This document shows positions 51,007 through 61,143 of a stretch of DNA of 64,000 nucleotides, one piece after another (positions within the stretch are counted from its first letter, which is position 1; every line of letters begins with the position of its first letter). The position numbers were made by a program, and so were the translations under genes. The notes beneath the pieces were generated by a model. The model saw only the letters and a program-made list of their open reading frames with translations. It did no database searches and was not told the DNA's origin. Source of the stretch: Spirochaetia bacterium (GTDB taxonomy: Bacteria > Spirochaetota > Spirochaetia > CADAEX01); NCBI GenBank assembly GCA_963662265.2, contig CAXXHA010000019.1, positions 1 through 64,000 of the forward strand, in the 5' to 3' direction.

Positions 51007-52977
51007 TTATTTAATATTTATTATAAAATCATAAATTTCTGATTTATTAAAAAAATCATCATTCTGTTCTTTTTTTTCTTTTTCCCTGCTGTCCCTCACA
51101 ACAATATCACCGTAATTTACCAGATCAAACATCTCACGTCCGGTAACTGTTCCTTCGGAAACAGATTCGTCGGTATTAGTTACTGTAAGATTTCCAATGA
51201 TATCTGAATCCTCAAAAATATAACCTATTCTGCTTCTATCGATTTTTATCCTGTCTTTTCTTATAATGAGAAAACTGTCATCATTGCTGATATTTTCAAG
51301 TCTTCCGATATTTATAAGACCTTTTTCAAAATCAAGCCCAATGATCTGACCGTATGTATTGATATCGGAAAGAATATCATTCATCAAATTATTAAGCGTA
51401 TCCCAGACTCTGTTGTTTCCTGTTTTTATAATCCTGTATTTTCCGATTTCAGCACCTGTATATGATGAATAAACAGTACATTCTGCACTGAAAAGCCTTT
51501 CAGTTTCACTGAAATCAATTATAAAAAAGTAATCACTCTTTGTTTTTCCGGTTCTGGACTCTGAAAAAGCCTGAGAAAAATTTTCAATTCTTTTTCCTGA
51601 GTTTAATATATGTATATTTTCCGCATGACCTGCGATTGTATTGAAAATATCTGTAAGTACAGATTCCCCATTCTGATGAAGCATGCTGAAACTGTCTCTG
51701 TAGTAGAGATTTATATTGAAACAGTGTTTGTTTACAAGAAACTGGTCAATTTTCCACGATGATGAAACACTGGAACTCTGAAGACTCTCCTGTATTTCTA
51801 TGTCATCCTTTATTGACTGGTAATTGCGTTCCTTTTCCGGAAGTGTATAGAGTTCTGACAGATATTTTGATCTAAACCCCTTGTTGAGGAATATTCTTGA
51901 ATATGCAAGCCTGACTTTTACTGAATTAGGGTCAATAAGTAGTGCCCTCCGGTATGAATTCAGTGCCTTATTTATATAGTTGCGCTCTTCAAGCCCCTTT
52001 CCCCGGATATAATGGTATTCAGCTGCTTTTTTTCTTATATTGTCATTTATATCTTTTTCAGACCTTATAAGGTTTTCAAACGCAAACCTTGAAACTTCAT
52101 CATCAGGATTTATTCTGAATGCTTCGGAATAATATCTGAGAGCAGTATCTGTTTCCCCTTTTTTCTCTGCTGTTCTTCCAAGGGTGTATGCAACAATATT
52201 GTTATCTCTTTTAGAGTAAAACCTGTTGAGAATTTCGGGTATATGATCATAATCACCATTGCTTAAAAGAATACGCGAATAAAGAAGAGCAGCTTCCAGA
52301 AAATCAGGATCAAGGTTTATTGCCTCCCTGATTTTTATCTCTGCCAGATGGGTGTTGCCTGTCATAATATAATGACGGGAAGCTATAAAAAGAACAGCAG
52401 GATCTGTGTTGTAAAGCCTGAGTGCATCAGAGACATATTTTTCAGACTCATTGAATTGTTTCTGGTAATCAAGAAGTACAATAATTGAAAGAAGAGCTTT
52501 CCTGTTTGATGGCGAAATAGTCAGAATGTCCAGGTAATTATTGCGGGATTCTGTGAATTTTCCATTTAAAAGTGCAGTTTCCGCGAATCCGAAATATGCA
52601 TTGATATTGTTGGGCTCGGCTTTTTTAATCTTATTAAATATTTCCTCTGCAGCTCGTATTTCTCCTTTTCCAAGAAGTATCCGCCCTTCAAGACTTAAAA
52701 GATCTATACTTGTCTTATCATATTTTCTGGCAAGAACAACCTGTTTGTGAGCCTCTTCATATTCTCCCAGAAAGTAATAAGCTTCTGCAAGTCCTTTCAC
52801 AGAGAGAATGAAATCAGGATTAATTTCAAGGACAGCTTTGTATCTTTCAATAGCAGAGTAATAATCTCCTTCAAGAAGATAGACATCCCCTTCACTGTTC
52901 AGTGAAAAAATATCATCTGCACTATAAAGCGGCATTAACACTGTTAAAAATATAAAAACTGTCAGTATTTTTTTCAT
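51007..52977 (-). CDS. Exported TPR protein
   Basis: Signal peptide plus many TPRs, e.g. 'GDYYSAIERYKAVLEINPD' and 'ALNSYRRALLIDPN'. Confidence 0.85.
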   Translation of the reverse strand: MKKILTVFIFLTVLMPLYSADDIFSLNSEGDVYLLEGDYYSAIERYKAVLEINPDFILSVKGLAEAYYFLGEYEEAHKQVVLARKYDKTSIDLLSLEGRILLGKGEIRAAEEIFNKIKKAEPNNINAYFGFAETALLNGKFTESRNNYLDILTISPSNRKALLSIIVLLDYQKQFNESEKYVSDALRLYNTDPAVLFIASRHYIMTGNTHLAEIKIREAINLDPDFLEAALLYSRILLSNGDYDHIPEILNRFYSKRDNNIVAYTLGRTAEKKGETDTALRYYSEAFRINPDDEVSRFAFENLIRSEKDINDNIRKKAAEYHYIRGKGLEERNYINKALNSYRRALLIDPNSVKVRLAYSRIFLNKGFRSKYLSELYTLPEKERNYQSIKDDIEIQESLQSSSVSSSWKIDQFLVNKHCFNINLYYRDSFSMLHQNGESVLTDIFNTIAGHAENIHILNSGKRIENFSQAFSESRTGKTKSDYFFIIDFSETERLFSAECTVYSSYTGAEIGKYRIIKTGNNRVWDTLNNLMNDILSDINTYGQIIGLDFEKGLINIGRLENISNDDSFLIIRKDRIKIDRSRIGYIFEDSDIIGNLTVTNTDESVSEGTVTGREMFDLVNYGDIVVRDSREKEKKEQNDDFFNKSEIYDFIINIK

Positions 52978-53747
52978 TTTTCGCTGTTTAATTCTATTTT
53001 TATAGTTTTGATCTTGTGACCATCCATATTGTTTATTATAAAATTTATCCCCTCATAGCTTACTTTTTCATATCTCACAGGTATTTTGCCGAAAAGGTCA
53101 AAGACAAAACCGCCGAGTGTATCATAGTCATCGTGAGGTATATCAAGACCCAGATGCTTGTTTATGTCTTCGATATCAGCCCTTGTATCACACAGGTAGT
53201 TGTTTTCATCCAGTTTGATGATATCTTCCTCTTCATCATCAAACTCATCCTGGATATCACCGACAATTTCTTCGATAATATCTTCCATGCAGACTATTCC
53301 GGAAACTCCGCCGTATTCATCGACTGCTACTGCTATATGCACTCTTCGCCGTTTGAATTCATGAAGAAGAGTATTGATTCTCTTGCTTTCTGGTATGAAA
53401 TAAGGTTTCCTGATTAATGATTCGATATCGAATTTTTCTTTTTTAAATATAGATCTGAGAAGGTCCTTTACATAAAGAATTCCGATAACATTGTCTATAG
53501 TATCCTTGAATACAGGAAATCTTGAATGTCCGCTGTCTGTTACATTTGCGAGAATTTCATCAGGAGTCATATCATCCTCTATAAACATAACATCTATACG
53601 CGGTATCATTACCTCCTTGACAGTTGTTTCAGAGAGTTCCACAACTCCCCTTATCATATCTTTTTCTTCATGATTTAATTCACTATAACTCTCTTCTTCC
53701 TCATCACTGCTTCCGAAGAGTTTGTTTAAAAATCCCTTTTTTTTCAA
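52974..53747 (-). CDS. corC: CorC/HlyC-family CBS-domain protein
   Basis: 'VKEVMIPR', 'SGHSRFPV', 'VDEYGGVSGIVCMEDIIEEIVGDIQDEFD', CorC_HlyC 'YDTLGGFV'. Confidence 0.88.
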   Translation of the reverse strand: MKKKGFLNKLFGSSDEEEESYSELNHEEKDMIRGVVELSETTVKEVMIPRIDVMFIEDDMTPDEILANVTDSGHSRFPVFKDTIDNVIGILYVKDLLRSIFKKEKFDIESLIRKPYFIPESKRINTLLHEFKRRRVHIAVAVDEYGGVSGIVCMEDIIEEIVGDIQDEFDDEEEDIIKLDENNYLCDTRADIEDINKHLGLDIPHDDYDTLGGFVFDLFGKIPVRYEKVSYEGINFIINNMDGHKIKTIKIELNSEK

Positions 53748-54289
53748 AATATATCAGCTCCTGTGATTGCTTTGAGTAATTCTTCCTGTTTTATCAGCAT
53801 TTCCTGATCAGGGTCATTGGATTCATGTGTCATCCCGTATAAATGGAGAATACCATGAATAAGCAGACGAATAAGTTCCTCATTTTTATCAACATTAAAA
53901 TATTTACTGTTTTTTTCAACTGTATCCAGCGAGATAATAATATCTCCTGCATAAAAACTTCTGTTTATATTATCTTGTCCTTCAGAGACATCATCCCCAT
54001 TCAGAGGATTTTTCAAAAGGGAAATATCTTCACCTTCGCACTGAGGGATAAAATCCCATCCAGGTATTTCCGCGCCCTCTATCTGTGGGAATGACAGAAC
54101 ATCAGTTGCCTCATCTTTGTTCCTGTAATCCCTGTTGAGTTCTCTGATAAATACATCATTACAGAATACAATTGATATTTCCCAGTTATCAACTTTAAGT
54201 AATTTTAATATATTATTGCATATTTTAACAATAAATTTATTATCTATTTCAGTATTTATATTTTCATATGTGATCTCAATATTATTCAT
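53744..54289 (-). CDS. ybeY: rRNA maturation endoribonuclease YbeY
   Basis: 'LNRDYRNKDEATDVLSFP', 'GDIIIS', 'HGILHLYGMTH'. Start likely MNNIEI at 54289. Confidence 0.93.
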   Translation of the reverse strand: MNNIEITYENINTEIDNKFIVKICNNILKLLKVDNWEISIVFCNDVFIRELNRDYRNKDEATDVLSFPQIEGAEIPGWDFIPQCEGEDISLLKNPLNGDDVSEGQDNINRSFYAGDIIISLDTVEKNSKYFNVDKNEELIRLLIHGILHLYGMTHESNDPDQEMLIKQEELLKAITGADIF

Positions 54290-56547
54290 TTGAACTCTTC
54301 CTCTTTCCGGGTTTTTTCCCGTTTCCGTTGTTTTGAACTGAATTGCTTTCTGCAAATTCTGTATCAGGATATTCGATACGTGAATGGTAGCTTCCTGCAA
54401 GTGTTTTGAGAAATGATTCAGTTATTATTTCAAGTTCCCTGAATGTCAGCTCACTTTCCGTAATCTGTCTAGTCTCAATTTTAGACATTATTATTTTCCA
54501 TACAAATTTTTCAAGCTGGCTCATGGAAGGTTTTTTCAGAGTTCTTACCGAAGCTTCAATATTATCGGCAAGAAGAACTACTGCGGCTTCCCTGCTGACA
54601 GGTTTACCTTCAGTGTATGAATAGTCTTCCGGGGATATTTTAGCCTTGTTTTCGAGTTTAAGAGCCTCTACATAGAAATAAGCTATAAGGCCATTTCCGT
54701 GATGCTGGGCAATAATATCAATGACAGCCTGGGGAAGACCAAGCTCTTTCGCTTTCTCAATACCGATTTTCACATGGGATTTAATTACCGATACAGACAT
54801 ACTTGGCTTAAGGTCATTGTGTTTGTTGTAGTTTGTCTGGTTTTCAATGAAATATTCAGCCTGATCAATTTTCCCTATATCGTGATAATATGCTCCCGCA
54901 CGGGCAAGAAACGGATTTGCACCTATTTCCCTGCAGGCTGTTTCCGCAAGATTACCCACATTTAGCGAATGATTGAAAGTACCCGGTGCCAGGTTGTGCA
55001 TCTTCTTGAATATTGGATTGTTGAGATCTGAAAGTTCAATAAGCCTGAACTGTGTCGGGGAATTCAGAACATGCTCTATAATAGGCATTATCCCTAGTAC
55101 CAGGATGCCTGATACAAAACCGTTCAGAAATGCAATACCTGATGATATAAGAGTTGTAGTGAAAGTCTGTTTTAGAAAAAGTGACAGAGATACTATGAAA
55201 AATATGCTGAAAAGCCCGATTTTCAGGCCGGAAAATATAAGGTCTAATCTTTTTTCGACTTTCTGAACAACAAGAACTCCGGCAACTGCAGTGAAAAGTG
55301 AAAAAAGTACGGGAAGCGGCTGGAAATTGATAACAGGCAGAAGCATGAAACTGGCAATGAATGAAAAATTAATTCCGGCAGCCGGAGAAATTATTATTGC
55401 CAGTATTGCCGAGAAAAGAGGAGCAGGTATTAAAAGGGCAAAGTTGAACCATTCCGGTATTTCAAGAATTTTGAAAAAGAATACAGAATAGATAAGATAC
55501 AGTTCACCCATTACTATTATGAAATATATATCTGCCTTGCTCAGTGTCTTTCTCAGTACCTTTTTTGAAAAAAAGAATGAAGCTGATAAAATAAACAGAG
55601 ATCAGAAAAAGGAAAATACCTGAAACTTTTCTGTAATTTGTGGAAACCACAATATTCCCCATTGCCTTGATCTTATCCATATCTGTTTCTGATATAATAA
55701 AACCCTTTTTAACAATAAGGTCGCCTTTATTGATTTCAAGATAAAGAGGTTCTGCTTCAGAAAGTATCCGTTCCCTTTTTGTTGTTGTTTCCTCGAAATC
55801 GTAAAAGCAGTTTTCCACTGCAAAAACCTTAACAAGTTCAGATACAGTGTCCCTGTCATCACCCTGCAAAGCTGATTCTGATATTATGTATTTATCAATA
55901 CCAGTCAGGGAGAGTATATCTGCAAATCTAATTTCCTCTTTTTCCCTGCTGTTGTTACGCCATCGCCATATTTCAATAATATTGTTTCCCTGATAAAGAG
56001 AATTATCACTCTTTACAATATCGACAATTCCCTCTTCCATGACTGATTTTAGTGTGTCAGATGCTATATCAAGGAGAGACAAAACCGAAGGCTTTTCCAG
56101 GAGCCTCAAAAAAAGAGATCTGCTTATTTCCGGGAAATTCTGTGAAAAAGTATCATAAACAGGGTCAATCCAGTCTGAAGAATAGTTGTTCAGATAAATT
56201 TTCTTGAACTGTTCATAGAAATTGCTGAATCTCATTAATGTTTCATCATTGATTTCCTTGTAAACCTTGAAAACAGGAGTTATATTCTTTTCCAGTTCAT
56301 AATCCCTTTTAGCCGTGCTTTTCCTGTCAAGATACTTGAAATCATATTCCGCAAAAATATCACGAACAGCCACCCTTCCTGCTTCATAATCTTTTATTTC
56401 ACGGTTATAGAGATATGAATCAACCTTGAGAAAACCGATAATCAGCAATGCATTAAAAACAGCTGTAGCTATGATCATTGTAAGAATTATCCTGTCTTTC
56501 AGGACAATACTGTTTAATAATAAATTAATTTTCTTTTTCATAGGCAT
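54282..56547 (-). CDS. pgpH: 7TM-HD (HDIG) phosphohydrolase, PgpH-like cyclic-di-AMP phosphodiesterase; frameshift at ~55563
   Basis: Extracellular 7TMR-HDED part (55504-56547) plus TM and HD part ('APGTFNHS', 'YYHDIGK', 'YFIENQ', 'QHHG', 'LADNIEA'). One extra base at the T6 run 55561-55566 splits them. Sits in the phoH-pgpH-ybeY context. Confidence 0.82.
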
Positions 56548-57490
56548 CTATGATTTTTTTTACCAGAGGATTTCTCATCACATCTTCCGAGGTGAAAAAG
56601 GTAAATCCTATTTGTTTGATGTTTTTCAGGGTATTCAATGCATGTATAAGCCCTGAATGTTTTTTATTTGGAAGGTCTATCTGGGTAATATCTCCTGTAA
56701 TGACAGCCCTAGAACCTTCTCCGATACGGGTCAGAAACATTTTCATCTGTTCCCTGGTTGTGTTCTGAGCTTCATCAAGGATTATATAGGAATCGCTCAA
56801 ACTCCTTCCCCTCATATAAGCTAGAGGTGCAATTTCTATCATATTGCTCTCTTCCATTTTCTGAATCATTTCAAAGGGAAGAAGCGCTTCAATTGCATCA
56901 TACAGAGGACGAAGATACGGGCTTATTTTCTGAACAAGGTCTCCCGGAAGAAAGCCGAGGCTTTCTCCAGCCTCAACAACCGGGCGTGTAATAATAAGCT
57001 TTCTCTTTTTCTTCTGAAGTATCTCGCTCAATGCTTTTGCAACAGCCAGGTATGTTTTCCCTGTACCTGCAGGTCCTGTTGCAAAGACAATATCGTAATT
57101 ATTGAATTTTCTTATAAGCTCCACCTGGTTGACAGAACGGGGAAAAACTTTTCTTGAACTGCCCGGTATTATAAGTTCAAGGTTTTCAATATCGCTTTCA
57201 TTTTTTATTTTTTCAGAAATATTACCGGCGGAAATACCTGAATAAATGCATTTGATGAGATCTTTACCGGGAATCCCCCCTCTTTTTGTATAATCTTCCA
57301 TTTTTTCTACAATTATTGAGAATATTTCCCTTTTCGAGGTATCTGTTGAGGATAATAATATTTCATTTCCGTTTGTATATACTTCTGAATCAAGAAGTTC
57401 TTCGATAAGTTTTAGATTTGTATCATTTGAACCGCAGATATCTGTAAGGATAGAGTGGTCTTCAAGTACAATAGAAAATTTTTCTTCCAA
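56525..57490 (-). CDS. phoH: PhoH-family ATPase
   Basis: 'GPAGTGKT', 'RPVVEAGESLGFLPGD', 'PLAYMRGRSL', 'DEAQN', 'GDITQIDL'. Likely TTG start at 57490 after AAAGGA. Confidence 0.95.
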   Translation of the reverse strand: MEEKFSIVLEDHSILTDICGSNDTNLKLIEELLDSEVYTNGNEILLSSTDTSKREIFSIIVEKMEDYTKRGGIPGKDLIKCIYSGISAGNISEKIKNESDIENLELIIPGSSRKVFPRSVNQVELIRKFNNYDIVFATGPAGTGKTYLAVAKALSEILQKKKRKLIITRPVVEAGESLGFLPGDLVQKISPYLRPLYDAIEALLPFEMIQKMEESNMIEIAPLAYMRGRSLSDSYIILDEAQNTTREQMKMFLTRIGEGSRAVITGDITQIDLPNKKHSGLIHALNTLKNIKQIGFTFFTSEDVMRNPLVKKIIDAYEKEN

Positions 57491-57509
57491 TTTAATTCCT
57501 TTAAAAAAG

Positions 57510-57539
57510 ATTTTACAAATCATTTTTAATTTAAGTCAA
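57510..57539 (-). promoter_or_regulatory. Putative sigma70 promoter for the phoH operon
   Basis: TTGACT-N18-TAAAAT on the minus strand. Confidence 0.4.
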
Positions 57540-57593
57540 GCGCAAAATCATGACGAATCACGTAAATCATTTTTAATATTTACCAGTTTTTTT

Positions 57594-60500
57594 CTACATA
57601 TTTATATCATCATCAGTAATACTGATATCAGTTTTAATTTCAGGAATAGGATTCCACTGCATCAGTATTGTAAGTTTAGAATCCCATTTCCACTTAGAAT
57701 TACCTGAATCTTCTGTAAAAACTTTAGGTTCACCTGTATAATCAAGAGTAAGATCCCAGTCATGGAGATGATGAATTGCCTTGAATTCAATAAGTTTAAG
57801 CTTGAAAAATGATTCATACCTGTCATTTGTATTGAAAAAATTGAATGATTTAATAAGATCATCTACAGGGTTTACCCATTCTTCACCCATTTCCTCTGCA
57901 TAAGAAGGTATATATCTGTATGTCTTGTTGTTTTCAGATTTTGTATTGAAAGTTATATCAAGGAATTCTGATACATTGAGATCAAATCCCAGGTTGAATA
58001 CAAGAGCATTTTCTGTAAATTTCTGAAGATCCATTTCCCAGGAGGTAGACATATTTGTCTTATACCTGATCCTGTTTTTCCAAATAGGATAAAAATACCT
58101 GGAAAAATCTATTTTTGCGTTGAATTCTGACGGTACAAATTTCTCATTATCTTCCTCCTGCCATCCTGTAGCCTGATCATAATACCAGGGTTTTTTGTAT
58201 TCAGCCTTGTATACAGAGTTGAATATCCACAGATTGACAGTTGAAACAAGTTCATCAGGTGTATCTTTCATAAGATCATATTTATAAGTCTGCTTAAGGT
58301 ATAATTCATCATCATAAAAACTGAGCCTGCCTATTGTTTCAGATGTTTCCCAGTTGGTATCTTCAGAATCATATTCAAGTATCTCTTCAATATAGTTATA
58401 ATCATCATATCCGTATTTTTCCTTCCACTTGATTGGATCAAAACTCCATACATCTTCTCTTGTCTCTACAGCTTTGACAATTACAGTAGATGTAAGCGGC
58501 CCGGTTCTGATTATATTCTCATTTTCAATTTCCTGAAGAAGCGGAGGAAGAACAGTCCGTACCCTGAAATGCTGAACCTGGTTCCAGTTTGAAAGATACT
58601 TGAGATTCATATCAAGTTCATTTTCCGTGAAAGATTCCTTGTCCCAGCTGAAGAAACTGTCTTCATAGACTGCATCACCTTCAGGATCTGTGTAATCATA
58701 TTTTTTCTCGAAAATAATAGTATCAAGCTGATATTTTATAAATGACTGGTCAAATGCATCATATTTATACAGTGGGTATGAATAAAAAGTTGATTTGTTT
58801 TCAAGTTTTGTAAAGGTTGATTTGGCATCAGAGTCTTTATAATCCTGCCATGCGGAATCGGAAATATTTTCTCCCCTTGATCTGTGTTCCTTGTAATCAT
58901 AGGAAAGAACAACATAGTCATCGAGTGATAATATATCTTCATAGAAATCAGCATTATAATTAAGCTTTATATTACCGTATGTCCTTAATGTGTCGTAAGA
59001 CTTGTCAAAATCAACATCATCAGGTTCAGTCCAGCTGCTGCTGTCAAGTGTTGTTGCTGATGTTATATTTGGAGAAAATGTGTATGAAAGTGAATGTGAA
59101 AAAGGATTTCTGGAATCATAAAGCTTTATTTCAAGATTATCAAGAATTTCAGATTCCTGAATATCGCTGTATCCATCAGTCTTTTCAGAGTCATCATTCT
59201 CATTTGTTTCCCATGGGGTTTCAACCTGGTCGCTGTTTTTAATTTCCTCCTCTTCATCAGCCTTGTATTCTTCCGGAAGTTCGGAATTGCTGTAGGTCTT
59301 TGAAAAAACTTCGCCAGACAAAGTCACGGAAAAGTCAGGGAGTGTATATGTTTCAGGGTAATAAAAATACTGCTCAGGCATGAAATACTCTGTCCTGTTT
59401 GAAGGGGGAATATAATCAGGAAGAGCGGAATCAAGTCCTGTAATTCCTGAAGTGCTTCTGGTTTTGTTTTTCCAGTTCATTGAAAAATCCAGTTTTGTAA
59501 TATTTACCTCTTTAAGATAATCACCGAATAATTCAATTTCAGGATTCAGGGAAAGATGTATTGACCACCATAGCCTGTCTCTGATTCCCTGGAAATCTGT
59601 ATCATCAGTTTCTTCCTCTTCTTCCAGGCCAAGCAGCTTGCTCCAGTCAATATATTCTGCCCTGTCGTTGAAATCCCTCAGGAAATATGGATCAGAATAG
59701 AGTTCAAAAGATATATCGCTGTCAAGTGAATTGCTTACAAACCCTGTATCAAGTTCGAAACCAAACCTGAAAGGTATTGTATATTTCAGAAAATTCCCTT
59801 CATTCCAGCCGCTTTTATAATTACCGTTATCATTTTCATAAAACGGGGAATAATAACCGTCAGAATTTATATAAATATTCCTGCTCCGTCCCAGACCTGC
59901 AAACAGTTTTGTCTCTTTGAGAAAATCGTCTTCTCCCGAATATAACTGAATACCTGAAAAAAGACCGAGACGGGAATAAATATCAAACATGATTTTTATG
60001 AAATTATCAGATATGTCAGATTCCTTTTTTTTTTCTGTTTTCCGCAGATATATGCCGTTGAGTTCTGTTTCATACTGAACATCATCTTCCGTGAGTGCAA
60101 GGAAAGAAAGGTTCTGGCTGTTGTCAGGCTGTCCCTTTAAATATGTTGTTGTCTGGAAAAAGGAAGCCTGAAGGATCCCGTGAACCGAGAGCCGGGTTAA
60201 ATACAAGCTTGTCGCCGGGATGAAAGAAAAACGGGAAATAAAATGTCGGAATATGTCCGACATATAAAACAGCGTTTTTTATTCCCCATTCTCCCGGGGC
60301 AAGCACCCATATTCTCCTGGCTTTCAGATGATAATATGGATCTTCAGGTTTACTTGATGTGATGCTTGCATCATCGATAATAACTACATCATCATCCGAC
60401 CTGTAGATTTTTTCACCTGAATAATAAAATTTAAGATCTTTTTCATCCTGCTGCTTGTCTCTCTCTGAAATTCCCCTGAAAAACATCCCTTCCCAGTTTG

Positions 60501-61140
60501 TAATATCGAAAGACAGCTTTTCACCCTTGAAATTCTCCCTTTCTTCACCGCTTATCCTTGTATAGTCGACATTGCCTGTTGCTGTAATTATATTTTCATC
60601 CTGGTTAAAGAGAATCTTATCAGTTTTTATGAGGTGGGTAACATTTTTCTTTGTATCATTCATTTCAAGGACAACACTTCCTGAAATTTTGATATATTTT
60701 TCATCTATTTTATCAATTGTAAAATATTCTGTCCTTTCTGCAGATTCTATGGAAAGATATTTTCCGCTGCCTTTTGTACCTTCAGCCTCTTCCTCTTCTT
60801 CTGGAAGATCTTTTTTGTAATACTCTGCAATTCGGTTTTTTAAATCTTTTTTTGATCCGGATTCGTCTATTCCGAGGTATCTGCACCAGCTTAAAAGATC
60901 ATAATAATCCGAAGTGTTGATATCTGATAAAATTGTTTTTTCAAGAAGAGTCTCTTCCTTTACTTCGTTATCAGAATTACTGTTTGGAACAACGGCAGAT
61001 CCAGGAATTTCAGAATCCGCAGGTGAAATATCTTCAGGAATTTCGATGTTTTCATCTTCAGGGATATCCTGGGAAAAGACATTTAGAGCAGGAAAGAAAA
61101 TTATAATTATAAATACAGTAAGTATTTTGATAATTTTCAT
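57594..61140 (-). CDS. lptD: LptD-like outer membrane lipid-assembly protein; frameshift at ~60150
   Basis: N-terminal OstA-like jellyroll ('ITATGNVDY', 'ASITSS...PYYHLKARRIWV', 'VLYVGHIPTFYFPF') continues after a one-base shift into 'FFQTTTY' and a large beta-barrel region; ~1180 aa when joined. Confidence 0.75.
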
Positions 61141-61143
61141 AAA

